Shown: positions 7,266 through 16,167, numbered from the stretch's first letter. The stretch: DNA of 32,000 bases from Mucisphaera calidilacus (GCF_007748075.1 NZ_CP036280.1:2220001-2252000), one strand, 5' to 3'. Numbers and translations are program-made. The notes: generated from the letters alone by a model not told the origin.

Positions 7266-9365
7266 TCAGGCGGATGCCTTGAGGGATTCGAAGCCGTTGA
7301 AGTTCCGGAGGAAGTCGAAGGCCTGCTCGTGGGTCATGGGCCGGGCGACGTAGAAGCCCTGTCCGAGGTCGCATTCGAGTGCCTGGAGGGCGGCGAGTTG
7401 TCCGTCGGTCTCGATGCCTTCGGCGACGACCTCGATGTCGAGGGTGTGGGCGAGGGAGACGATGGCCTGGATGACGGCCGAGATCTGTCGTTTTTCCTGC
7501 ATGACCATGGTGAAGGATCGATCGATTTTGAGGACGTCGAAGGGGTATTCGTGGAGGCAGCTGAGTGAGGAGTATCCGGTGCCGAAGTCGTCCATGGCGA
7601 GTTTGATGCCGAGGCCGCGGAGGTTTTTAAGGGCGTCGAGGATGCGTTCCTGCTGGCCCATGATGACGGACTCGGTGACCTCGAGTTCGAGGGTGTCGGG
7701 GTCGATGGCGTGGGTTTCGATGATCTGTCGTACGGTGTCGGGGAAGGCGGGGTTGTCGAGTTGCCGGCGTGAGACGTTGACGTTCATGCGTACGGGTTTG
7801 TGGCGTGGCAGTCCGGCGTTGTTCCAGCGTTTGAGCTGAGCGCAGGCCTCGGTGAGGACCCATGCGCCGATGGGCTGGATGAGGCCGGTTTCTTCGGCGA
7901 TGGGGATGAATTTGTCGGGCGGGATCCATCCGTGTTCGGGGCAGTTCCACCGGAGGAGTGCCTCGAAGCCGACGACCTGCTGGTCGGAGAGTGAGATGAT
8001 GGGCTGGTAGGCGAGGGAGAGGTTGTTGTTGTCGACGGCCTTTCGGAGTTCTTTTTCGAGGACGAGTCGTGTGTAGGCCTCGGTGTGCATGTCGCCTTTG
8101 AACTCGACGGCCTGTGCCTTGCCGTTGGCCTTGGCCTGGTTGAGCGCGGTGTCGGCGTCGCGGATCATTTCCTCGGCTTTGTCGTAGTGGTGGAGTGAGG
8201 TGACGAAGCCGGTGCTGGTGGTGAGTGTGATAGCGTGTCCGTCGAGGTCGATGGTGTTGTTGATCTCGGTCTGGATGCGTCGTGCGACGTCGCTGGCGGA
8301 GGAGGGGTGGTCGAGCCCGTCGAGGAGGATGGCGAACTCGTCGCCGCCGAGTCGTGCGAGGGTGTCGATGCCACGGAGGACGGGTTTGAGGCGTTGTGCG
8401 ATCTGGATGAGTAGCTGGTCGCCGCTGCCGGGCCCGAGGCTGTCGTTCACGATTTTGAAGTGGTCGATGTCGAGGAGGATGACGGCGAAGCTGTAGTGGT
8501 TGAGCCGTCGGGCGCGTTCGAGGGCTTTTTCGACGTGTTCGAGGAAGAGGGTTCGGCTGGCGAGGCCGGTGAGGGGGTCGTTTGCGGCGACGCGTTCGAG
8601 GGCGTGCTCGGCCTGCTTTCGGTCCTGGATGTCGCTGATGGATCCGGCGACGCGGGTGACGTCGCCTGTGTTGTCGCGGATGACGACGGCGTCGACGCGC
8701 ATCCACCGTGTTTCGCCTTCGGGTGTGCGCATGCGGAGTTCGCGCATGAACCTTGGCACGTCGCTGGAGAAGGCGAGGGTGAGGTCGGCCTGGAACTGGA
8801 AGAGGTCGGAGGAGGCGATGAGTGAGAACCAGTCGCGTGAGTGCTGGATGGGGTGGCCGTCGGGGAGTCGCAGGAGTTCGCGCCAGCGTTGTGAGACCTC
8901 GAGGGTGTCGTGGGTGACGTCCCAGTCCCAGAGTCCGTCGTTGGCGACTTTCCGTGCGAGTGCGAGTCGTCCGTGGCCCTCGGCGGGCTGTTCCTGGATG
9001 AGTGCGAGGGCGGGCTGATCGGATTCAGGCGGGAGCAGGGTGACGGCGAAGTGTTCGTCGTCGGGCGTGGTGAGTTGGAGGGTGTGGAGGGTCTGCTGGT
9101 TATCGGCGGCGAGCCAGTCGAGGCAGAGCTGGCGCTCGTCGTGGGGCATGCGGAAGAGGATGTTGGTGTCGGGCTTGATGTGGGGGCCGAGGAGGGCCTG
9201 CGCGGTCTGGCAGAGGTGGCGGACGGTGCCGTCGCGTTCGATGAGTGCCTGCCCGACGCCGGCGCGTTCGAGGCCACGCGTGAGTGCGGGGCCTGCGGCG
9301 GGCGCAGGGCGATGGCTATCCGGCCCCCTCGCCTGATGGTCGCGTTGTCCTTGGCTTTTGTTCAT
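7266..9365 (-). CDS. PAS-GGDEF-EAL c-di-GMP turnover protein
   Basis: The N-terminal PAS-like region is ~260 aa. The GGDEF motif is intact (LARLGGDEFAIL), with an RxxD I-site (RGID) five residues upstream. EAL-domain motifs are intact (EALLRW, DDFGTGYSSL, KIDRSF, EGIET). Confidence 0.92.
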   Translation of the reverse strand: MNKSQGQRDHQARGPDSHRPAPAAGPALTRGLERAGVGQALIERDGTVRHLCQTAQALLGPHIKPDTNILFRMPHDERQLCLDWLAADNQQTLHTLQLTTPDDEHFAVTLLPPESDQPALALIQEQPAEGHGRLALARKVANDGLWDWDVTHDTLEVSQRWRELLRLPDGHPIQHSRDWFSLIASSDLFQFQADLTLAFSSDVPRFMRELRMRTPEGETRWMRVDAVVIRDNTGDVTRVAGSISDIQDRKQAEHALERVAANDPLTGLASRTLFLEHVEKALERARRLNHYSFAVILLDIDHFKIVNDSLGPGSGDQLLIQIAQRLKPVLRGIDTLARLGGDEFAILLDGLDHPSSASDVARRIQTEINNTIDLDGHAITLTTSTGFVTSLHHYDKAEEMIRDADTALNQAKANGKAQAVEFKGDMHTEAYTRLVLEKELRKAVDNNNLSLAYQPIISLSDQQVVGFEALLRWNCPEHGWIPPDKFIPIAEETGLIQPIGAWVLTEACAQLKRWNNAGLPRHKPVRMNVNVSRRQLDNPAFPDTVRQIIETHAIDPDTLELEVTESVIMGQQERILDALKNLRGLGIKLAMDDFGTGYSSLSCLHEYPFDVLKIDRSFTMVMQEKRQISAVIQAIVSLAHTLDIEVVAEGIETDGQLAALQALECDLGQGFYVARPMTHEQAFDFLRNFNGFESLKASA

Positions 9366-9547
9366 CAGTCAGGGTCACAGAATGCCGGTTGGGATCACGA
9401 AGGGCGTGATTCAACCGAGTCGGCTGGAACATTGTCGTCTGATCGGCTGAGGTGCTTGATCCGTCGAACCCTGCTCACGGGCACGACTTAGCTAATTCGG
9501 GTGATTTCCTGTCCGATAACTGTGTTGATATGGCGGGGGCGATTAAG

Positions 9548-10954
9548 ATGGAGAGTATGTGTGGTCTGCGAGCGGGTCATTCAGGGTGGCTGATGATTGC
9601 GGCGGTGCTGGTGATGGCGTCGGCGTGTCTGGGGCAGGTGCCGAATGATGATGCGTGGCAGCCGGAGTGGCTGCGGGAGGCGAAGCGTGATCGGCTGGTG
9701 TACCGGGGGGCACGGGGTCAGGACCCGATTTATCCGGTGGCGATGGGCGGTTACTACGGGTACATGACGGTGCGTGGCGAGCTGGTGGTGTTGCCTGTAT
9801 TCGATCAGGCGGACGCGTTTTATGAGAACCTGGCGCGTGTGGAGACGCACGGGCTTGCGGGTTTCGTGAACCGTGCGGGGAAGTTTCAGATCGAGCCGGT
9901 GTTTGATGTCGCGGACCGTTTCAGCGAGGGTCGTGCGCGGGTGTCGGTGGGTGGTCGTTGGGGTTTCATTGACAAGGTGGGTCGGTGGACCGTGGAGCCC
10001 GGGTTTGATGCTGTAGGCCGGTACCACGACAAGCTGGCGGCGGTGATGCTTGAGGGGAAGGTGGGGTACATCGAGCGGAGCGGCGTGTGGGTGGCGGAGC
10101 CGCGGTTCCGTTCGGGGCGTGGTTTTTTTGAGGGGCGTGCGGCGGTGGAGATACCGTCGCGGGCGGACCTTCTGGCGTCGCGTTGGGGTTTCATGGATCG
10201 GTCGGGGCGTGTGGTGTGGGCGGATCGGTCGGGTGAGATTCTCGAGTTGGGGGATTATCGCGAGAAGGTGGTGCGGGCTCGGACTTCGTCGGGCTGGGGG
10301 TTTCTGGACCGTGATTACCGTTGGGTGATCCCCCCCAAATTCGATGAGGCTTCGGATTTTGTTTCGAGCCGTGCTGCGGTGCGTGAGGGCTCGTTGTGGG
10401 GGTACATCGACAAGTCGGGGTCCTGGGTGATCCGTCCGTCTTATGGGTTTGCGGGTGACTTCGAGCCGGCGACGAACACGGCGATGGTGGACGTTCGCGG
10501 GGCGACGGGTTTTGTGGACCGGACTGGTCGCTGGGTGGTGAAGCCTGTGCTGATGGATGCGGAGCCGTTTGCGTCAAACTGGGCAAGAATCCGTCTTCCT
10601 GCGGGCTGGACGTGGATGGATCGTCGGGGTCGTTCGTTCTTCAATCCGGAGCGTCGGGTGGAGAACTTCTGGGATTATTCGATCGGGCGTGTGCTGTCGC
10701 GTCGGCTGGAGACGGATCCTTTCTTCTGGATCAAGCGGTTATACCCCGAGGAGGGTTTTGCACGTCGTGAGGTCTTACAGAATCCCTATCCGGCGGAGTA
10801 TGAATACGACGCGGTTCTGCCAGAACCGTGGAATGGGTTGACGCGTATCGAGGTTGAGCACAAGGAACGGCCTGAGCCTGATATGGGCGGCCTAGGATCC
10901 GTTGAGCTTGGCGGCGGTGACGTCGGAGTCAAGCAGGAAGGTAGTCAACCATGA
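9548..10954 (+). CDS. Secreted WG-repeat (KWG-type) protein
   Basis: Signal peptide WLMIAAVLVMASACLGQ. At least 8 repeats of the pattern (W/Y)G(F/Y)(I/M/L/V)D..G.(W/V)V(I/V/A)(E/K/R)P.(F/Y). The start is uncertain; 9530 is an alternative. Confidence 0.75.
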   Translation: MESMCGLRAGHSGWLMIAAVLVMASACLGQVPNDDAWQPEWLREAKRDRLVYRGARGQDPIYPVAMGGYYGYMTVRGELVVLPVFDQADAFYENLARVETHGLAGFVNRAGKFQIEPVFDVADRFSEGRARVSVGGRWGFIDKVGRWTVEPGFDAVGRYHDKLAAVMLEGKVGYIERSGVWVAEPRFRSGRGFFEGRAAVEIPSRADLLASRWGFMDRSGRVVWADRSGEILELGDYREKVVRARTSSGWGFLDRDYRWVIPPKFDEASDFVSSRAAVREGSLWGYIDKSGSWVIRPSYGFAGDFEPATNTAMVDVRGATGFVDRTGRWVVKPVLMDAEPFASNWARIRLPAGWTWMDRRGRSFFNPERRVENFWDYSIGRVLSRRLETDPFFWIKRLYPEEGFARREVLQNPYPAEYEYDAVLPEPWNGLTRIEVEHKERPEPDMGGLGSVELGGGDVGVKQEGSQP

Positions 10955-11313
10955 GTCAGCCTGAACGCATTGAGATCCCGGATTACTTCCCCGTTGATGT
11001 GCCCCGTTTCGCGCCGGGATCGGTCGTGCGGCATCGTCGCTACGGCTACCGCGGCGTGGTGGTGGACTTCGATCTCTCGTGCCGAGCGGACGAGCAGTGG
11101 TACGAGAGCAATCAGTCGAAGCCGGACCGTGATCAGGCGTGGTACCACATTCTTGTGGACGGTTCAGAGATCTGCACGTATGCGGCGGAGTCGAACCTTC
11201 AGCCGGACGGCTCTGCGGAGCCGATCACGCACGAGCTGGTGGGTCACTTCTTCGAGGACTACGCGGACGGTCGTTACACGCGGAACGATGAGATCTGGCC
11301 TGGCTGGGAGTGA
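10951..11313 (+). CDS. hspQ: HspQ / YccV-like (hemimethylated-DNA-binding domain) protein
   Basis: F.PGSVVRHRRYGYRGVVVDFD … WYHILVDGSEICTYAAESNL matches the HspQ core (GxxVxH..xGYxGVVVDxD … WYHVxxxD…TYxAExxL). Its ATG overlaps the upstream stop (ATGA at 10951-10954). Confidence 0.75.
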   Translation: MSQPERIEIPDYFPVDVPRFAPGSVVRHRRYGYRGVVVDFDLSCRADEQWYESNQSKPDRDQAWYHILVDGSEICTYAAESNLQPDGSAEPITHELVGHFFEDYADGRYTRNDEIWPGWE

Positions 11314-11359
11314 TGCACTCCGGCTTGAGCGGGCCTGACAACAGCCTCCTCCTCTCTGG

Positions 11360-11381
11360 CCCCGGGCGTCCGGGGTTTTTT
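11360..11381 (+). terminator. Rho-independent terminator after the hspQ-like gene
   Basis: CCCCGG (11360-11365), loop GCGT, CCGGGG (11370-11375), then TTTTTT (11376-11381). Confidence 0.65.
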
Positions 11382-11410
11382 GATGCGCGTGCCGCGTCGC
11401 GGCGGGAGGA

Positions 11411-12310
11411 TCAGTTCTGTGATGTGGCGGCGGGTTCGTGGTCGGCGACCCATGAGGAGGGCATGAAGGGTTCGAGCGATCCGTCATTGGGTCCGAGGTC
11501 GTCGTTCTCGTCGGCGGATTCTTCGGCTGGTTCGTCGGCGGCGTTTCGGTTCTTGCGTTTGCGCAGGTTCTCAAGGAGTTTGAGCCCGTCGATGAGTTCC
11601 ATGCGTCCGTCGTCGTGTTCGACGAGGAGTGTGCAGCTCTCGACCCAGTCGCCACAGTTGTAGTAGGCGACGCCTTCGAGGGTGCGCACCTCGGCCTTGT
11701 GGATGTGTCCGCAGACGACGCCTTCGACGCCCTGATGGATCGCGGCGCGTGCGAGTGTTTTCTCGAAGCTGCTGATGAAGGTGCAGGCGTGCTTGACCTT
11801 GAGCTTGATGTAGGCGGCGAGCGACCAGTACTGGAGACCGAAGAGGGATCGGAGTTTGTTGTACCAGGTGTTGAGCGTGGTGAGCCAGCTGTAGGCCCAG
11901 GCCCCGAGTCGCGCGAGCCATGGGGAGTGTTTGACGACCATATCGAACTCGTCGCCATGGACGACGAGGAGTCTTCGGCCGTCGGCGTTGGTGTGGATGG
12001 CGTCGTGTTCGACGCGGACGCCTCCGAATTCGAGGCCGCAGTACTGGCGGGCGGCCTCGTCGTGGTTGCCGGGGATGAAGATGACCTCGGTCTTGCCGGC
12101 GATCTTGAGGAGTCGTCGGATGACGTCGTTGTGGTCGGAGGGCCAGTACCAGCGTTGGCGCAGCCGCCACATGTCGATGATGTCGCCGACGAGGTAGAGG
12201 CGCTGGCAGTCGATACGGCGCAGGAGTCGGGAGAGGTCCTTGGCGTGGCAGCCATTGGTGCCGAGGTGGACGTCGCTGACGAAAACGGTGCGGTATCTGA
12301 GCTTCTTCAT
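11411..12310 (-). CDS. LpxH-family (calcineurin-like) metallophosphoesterase, UDP-2,3-diacylglucosamine diphosphatase-like
   Basis: Metallophosphoesterase motifs are SDVHLG, GDIIDMW, GNHDE and HGDEFD. The C-terminal ~50 aa form an acidic tail (DEPAEESADENDD). Confidence 0.8.
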   Translation of the reverse strand: MKKLRYRTVFVSDVHLGTNGCHAKDLSRLLRRIDCQRLYLVGDIIDMWRLRQRWYWPSDHNDVIRRLLKIAGKTEVIFIPGNHDEAARQYCGLEFGGVRVEHDAIHTNADGRRLLVVHGDEFDMVVKHSPWLARLGAWAYSWLTTLNTWYNKLRSLFGLQYWSLAAYIKLKVKHACTFISSFEKTLARAAIHQGVEGVVCGHIHKAEVRTLEGVAYYNCGDWVESCTLLVEHDDGRMELIDGLKLLENLRKRKNRNAADEPAEESADENDDLGPNDGSLEPFMPSSWVADHEPAATSQN

Positions 12311-12455
12311 GGGGTTATGTGTCCGGCGGGACCGTTGGGATTCGGGCCTGCCTGCGTTTTCGTCATATGATGCCTTATGTCCTGAGGGTGTTCAGGGCTT
12401 AACACAACGGTAACAATCACGGCTGTCGTGACAACCCCCCTTTTCGAGCGAGCTG

Positions 12456-12917
12456 ATGCTCTATTTTGCCTACGGATCGAATCTGGATCCGCAACAGATG
12501 GACGACCGTTGCCCGGGTTTTCACGTTCATGCCCGGGGATGTGTCCGTGATTACGAGCTGACGTTCCCTCGGTTTTGTGAGGGCTGGGCGGGTGGCGTGG
12601 CGTCGATCGCGCCGGCGGAGGGCCGGGACGTTTGGGGGGTGCTGTATGAGCTGACGCAGGATCACCTTGATGCGTTGGACGGGTATGAGTCGATTGACGA
12701 GGGTCATTACTGGCGTGATGTGATCGGTGTTGAGCTGGATACGGAGCAGACGCTGGAGGCGATCACGTACTTTGCTCATCCGGAGGCGGGGGGGCCGATG
12801 CCTCCGTCGCGTCAGTACCTGGACGCGATTCTTCGGGGGGCGCGGTACCACCGATTGCCCGAGCGGTATGTTGCGTTGTTGGAGCGGACGCCTATTGTTC
12901 CTCCGAAGTCGGTTTAA
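12456..12917 (+). CDS. Gamma-glutamylcyclotransferase (AIG2/GGCT-like)
   Basis: Has the N-terminal signature YFAYGSNL and the motif VWGVLYEL…LDxxDGYE. 153 aa. Confidence 0.85.
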   Translation: MLYFAYGSNLDPQQMDDRCPGFHVHARGCVRDYELTFPRFCEGWAGGVASIAPAEGRDVWGVLYELTQDHLDALDGYESIDEGHYWRDVIGVELDTEQTLEAITYFAHPEAGGPMPPSRQYLDAILRGARYHRLPERYVALLERTPIVPPKSV

Positions 12918-12967
12918 CCGGTGTATGGATCCCAAAGTGCGGATTCTGATCCGCGAGAGGAATTGTG

Positions 12968-13444
12968 ATGGTACGGATGACGCTGATTGTTGGTCTGCTG
13001 CTGGTGGCGCTGGGTGTTTACTCGTACGTGACGGCGACGCCTAAGTCGGGGCCGGCTGTTGAGGCGGTGGAGAGCGAGGCAGCGGCCGAGGGCGGGGAGG
13101 CGACGGCGTCGGGCAAGCCGAGCGTGACGACGCTGATCCCGGCCTTTGTGGGTGGGCTGATCGTGGCAGGCGGTCTGGCGGCGCTGGTGCCCGGGTGGCG
13201 GAAGCACGCGATGCACGTGGTCATGCTGTTTGCGCTGATCGGGACGCTGGGCGGCCTGGGCATGGGTCTGCCGAAGCTGGCGTCGGCGTTGCGTGGGGAG
13301 GCTGAGCGGCCGAGAGCGGTTTATGCGCAGGTGGCGATGGGTGTCCCCTGTGCGGTGCTGCTGGTGTCGGGTATCGGGAGTTTTGTGGCGGCGCGTCGTC
13401 AGCGTGATGCGGTCGCGGAGGGGTCGGGCGACGAGGCTGCGTGA
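12968..13444 (+). CDS. Integral membrane protein, unknown function (about 4 TM segments)
   Basis: Hydrophobic segments are LIVGLLLVALGVYSYV, LIPAFVGGLIVAGGLAALV, VVMLFALIGTLGGLGMGL and VAMGVPCAVLLVSGIGSFV. GAGAGG lies 8 nt upstream of the ATG at 12968. Confidence 0.6.
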   Translation: MVRMTLIVGLLLVALGVYSYVTATPKSGPAVEAVESEAAAEGGEATASGKPSVTTLIPAFVGGLIVAGGLAALVPGWRKHAMHVVMLFALIGTLGGLGMGLPKLASALRGEAERPRAVYAQVAMGVPCAVLLVSGIGSFVAARRQRDAVAEGSGDEAA

Positions 13445-13482
13445 TTCGGGGATGGCCGGGGGAGCGGTGATTCGGTGCGCGC

Positions 13483-13520
13483 AAAAAAAGACCCGTGGCG
13501 GGGTAAACATACCACGGGCC
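13483..13520 (-). terminator. Rho-independent terminator oriented for the minus strand
   Basis: On the minus strand: GGCCCGTGG-13 nt loop-CCACGGGTC followed by TTTTTTT (plus-strand A-run 13483-13489). No annotated minus-strand gene lies upstream of it. Confidence 0.6.
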
Positions 13521-13677
13521 CTTGGAGAAGGGAGCTGGGTTGTTGTCGATCAACGACACGTGTTCAACGGCGTTGCGAGGCAGAGTATTTCATATATGGG
13601 GCGTGATTCCTAGTCTTTCACGGGGTTTTGGCGTGTGATTACGGGATTCGCCCCATAGGAAATGGTGTTTCTTTACG

Positions 13678-13756
13678 CCGTCCGACCCAGCTTGCCCGGT
13701 TTATCGCGAGGTGGTTACCCGGTTGGGTGGTTGCGTGGCGTCGGGACGGTTTTTTT
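13678..13756 (+). terminator. Possible terminator/attenuator-like structure 50 nt before the rpiB ATG
   Basis: CCGTCCGAC (13678-13686) pairs with GTCGGGACGG (13740-13749) with one bulge. TTTTTTT follows directly (13750-13756). The 53-nt enclosed segment is atypically long for a simple terminator. Confidence 0.35.
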
Positions 13757-13806
13757 GATTTGGGTACACTTTCGCGTCTCGACACACCGGAGCACGGAAG
13801 ACGCCC

Positions 13807-14256
13807 ATGAAGATTGCGATTGCTGCTGACCACGCGGGTTTACCTCTGAAGGCTGAAGTGGCCAAGGTTCTGACGAATCTGGGCCACGAGGTTCTGGACC
13901 TGGGCGCCCATGAGTATGACGCTCAGGATGACTACCCGGACTTCGCTCGTTATGTGGGCAACACGATCCAGCATCAGCAGGCGGAGCGTGGCGTGATCGT
14001 GTGCGGCTCGGGTGTGGGTGCGTCGGTGGCGGCGAACAAGATGAAGGGGGTTCGTGCGGCGGTCTGTCACGACGTGTATTCGGCGCATCAGGGCGTGGAG
14101 CACGACGACATGAATGTGCTTTGCCTGGGAGCGCGGATTCTGGGTGTTGAGCCGGCGCGTGAGGTGGTGGCGGCGTTTGCGGGGGCATCGTTCACGGGTG
14201 AGGAGCGTCACCGTCGCCGGCTGGAGAAGGTTCTGGCGATCGAGGCGGCAAACTGA
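13807..14256 (+). CDS. rpiB: Ribose-5-phosphate isomerase B
   Basis: MKIAIAADHAGLPLK…GVIVCGSGVGASVAANKMKGVRAA…HDDMNVLCLGARI is the canonical RpiB/LacAB signature. 149 aa. Confidence 0.93.
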   Translation: MKIAIAADHAGLPLKAEVAKVLTNLGHEVLDLGAHEYDAQDDYPDFARYVGNTIQHQQAERGVIVCGSGVGASVAANKMKGVRAAVCHDVYSAHQGVEHDDMNVLCLGARILGVEPAREVVAAFAGASFTGEERHRRRLEKVLAIEAAN

Positions 14257-14262
14257 AGCGAG

Positions 14263-16167
14263 TCAGTTGTTGTCGGGGTTGGCCTGTCGGACGCGGGCGA
14301 GCCACTGCTCGTAGCGGACGATGGCGAGGAGTGATTCTGCGGTGGCGCGGAGGGTGATCTGCTGATCGAGCAGTGAGTTGCGTACGCCACCGATAGCGCC
14401 GTCGGGGTAGGGGCAGTAGTAGGCGCCGGATTCGGTCATGCTCAGGTGTGCGAGGTAGCGAGCGGCGAGGGAGGCGAAGACCTGGCGGTCGAGTCGTGTG
14501 TCGGGGACGTCGGCGGCGCGGGCGATCTCGGCGGCGAAGCGGAGTGCGTAGGCGGTGGTCCAGTCGGGCAGTTCGCCTGGGCTGGTGTTGCGGTTGCCCA
14601 GGCGGATGGCTCCCATGAGGTCGTCGGGCCCGTCGTTGACGGCTTCGACGATCTGGAGGTGCTGGAGTTCGTCGACGAGGGTGTCGAGCCGGTTGCGGTA
14701 GCGGATGAGTTCGGGTCGTTGGTTGAGGGCGTGGAGGAGTTCGGCGGCCCAGGGCAGTCGTGAGAGGCCGGGGTTTTCGAGGACGCGTTCGATGGCGTCG
14801 GGTGCGTGGCGTGCGGCGGCCTGGTTGAGGTCTTCGCGAGCGAGGCGTTGTCCGGCGTGGTGGAGTGCGTTGAGGAGCGTGAGTTCGGTGCGTCCGGGGT
14901 GCTGTTGAGCGAGGTTGTCGAGGTCGTTTTCGAGTCTGAGGATGAGTGCGTCACGGACGGCGAGCTTGACGCCGGGCTGGTCGGTTTCGAGGAGGGTGAG
15001 GAGGATGAGTGCTTCGGTTTCGGGGTCGCGGGGGCTGGTGTTGTTCTCGAGAGCCTGTTCGCCGAGCCAGAGTGCGGTTCGGAGTGCGTGCTGCTGGTCG
15101 AGTTCGCGTCCGGGGCTGGCGTTGGCCCAGCGGGTGATGGCGAGTGCGGCGAGTGCGGTGTCGCGTGGCGAGGCGGCGGTCAGGTAGCGGTTGCCGGCGG
15201 GGAGATAGTGGTCCATGGGCAGGTTGCCGCGGACGCGCAGTCGGTGCTTGAGGTGGTCGGCGAGTCGCGATCGGAGTGCTGCGACGGTTCTTTCGGAGAG
15301 TGTGCCGAGGGGGTAGACCTTGTGTCCGCGTTCGAGTTCGCTGCGACCGCCGTCGCGGTGCTGGGGGACGATGTGGGTGACGCGTGCGCGGTGGAGCGAG
15401 AGGCCGAGGAGTTGCGCGGCGTCGAATCGTCCGATGCCCCGGCCGAGTTGCTTGAGCATGCGTCCGAGTTGGCCGTCGACGGAGGTTCCCTGGGCGACGG
15501 TGGTTCCCGGCCAGATGCGTGCGGATTCGGTGGGGGCTGCCTGGGCGACGAGGAGGTGGTAGCCGGGCGTCCACTGCTGGAAGAGGGTTCCGGCGGGGTC
15601 GTAAGGCCGGATGCTGACGGGTTCGAGTCGGTGTGCGATCTGGAGGTCGAGGTGGAGTGTTCGGAGGGCCATATCGACGTTGATGGCTCGTCCGCGTCGG
15701 GGTGCGTTGTCGTCGGGGCGTTGCTGGAGGTGTTCGAGTCGCGCGCGGGCGTGTCCTGAGGCGTTGTTGAAGGCGCGTTCGAGGGCCTGGGCGAGGTTGA
15801 TGGCATCGGTGCCGTCGATGGCGTCGTCGGCGAGGACGTTAGCTTCGGCTCGTCCGACGGCGTAGCCCTGGTCGCGGAGGGTGATTTTGACGGCGGTGAC
15901 GTTTTCGACGGCGATGACGGGGAGGGGCTGGGTGACCTGACCGTCGACGATCCATCGGGCGACGAGGCGGTGTGCCTCGAAGCCTGTGAGCCAGCTGACC
16001 TGGTCGGGGTTGTCGTCGGCGTGGAGGGGTGTTGCCGAGAGGCACAGGATCAGGAGTGTGTTGACGATCGTCGACAACCGGGCGGTGCGGGTGTTTCGTT
16101 TTGGCGACACGCCTGCACGACCGGTCCTGGCGGGCTGCGGGGGTGATTGTCTCAAGTTCAGTTCCAT
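14263..16167 (-). CDS. Large secreted protein of unknown function
   Basis: The ATG at 16167 gives MELNLRQ… followed by the signal-like LSTIVNTLLILCLSATPLHADD. It continues as a long, Leu/Ala/Arg-rich, probably helical protein. The coding-type codon bias (C/A third positions) holds throughout. No family recognised. Confidence 0.65.
   Translation of the reverse strand: MELNLRQSPPQPARTGRAGVSPKRNTRTARLSTIVNTLLILCLSATPLHADDNPDQVSWLTGFEAHRLVARWIVDGQVTQPLPVIAVENVTAVKITLRDQGYAVGRAEANVLADDAIDGTDAINLAQALERAFNNASGHARARLEHLQQRPDDNAPRRGRAINVDMALRTLHLDLQIAHRLEPVSIRPYDPAGTLFQQWTPGYHLLVAQAAPTESARIWPGTTVAQGTSVDGQLGRMLKQLGRGIGRFDAAQLLGLSLHRARVTHIVPQHRDGGRSELERGHKVYPLGTLSERTVAALRSRLADHLKHRLRVRGNLPMDHYLPAGNRYLTAASPRDTALAALAITRWANASPGRELDQQHALRTALWLGEQALENNTSPRDPETEALILLTLLETDQPGVKLAVRDALILRLENDLDNLAQQHPGRTELTLLNALHHAGQRLAREDLNQAAARHAPDAIERVLENPGLSRLPWAAELLHALNQRPELIRYRNRLDTLVDELQHLQIVEAVNDGPDDLMGAIRLGNRNTSPGELPDWTTAYALRFAAEIARAADVPDTRLDRQVFASLAARYLAHLSMTESGAYYCPYPDGAIGGVRNSLLDQQITLRATAESLLAIVRYEQWLARVRQANPDNN

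Noticed and set aside
9395-9415. GTGATTC-containing motifs in intergenic regions (9395-9415 GGATCAC-N7-GTGATTC, and the copies at 13441-13640) as a shared operator.
   Set aside because: The heptamer also occurs several times inside coding regions (for example near 5303, 14333, 17852, 18981 and 29946). It is G/T-rich like the whole plus strand, so the enrichment may be compositional. It is mentioned only as supporting detail for the 13445-13806 island.
13437-13452. An exact 16-mer, CTGCGTGATTCGGGGA, is shared between 13437-13452 and 18976-18991 (inside ftsY).
   Set aside because: It is read in different frames and contexts: across a stop codon at one site and mid-CDS at the other. One such match in 32 kb of compositionally biased sequence is compatible with chance. 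No flanking similarity exists.
13662-13829. A 55-aa plus-strand ORF (MVFLYAVRPSLPGL…) spanning the rpiB leader and overlapping the rpiB start, considered as a possible leader peptide.
   Set aside because: Its third-position usage is mixed. The SD-like AGGA is only 2 nt from the ATG. The sequence looks non-protein-like, and it overlaps rpiB out of frame.
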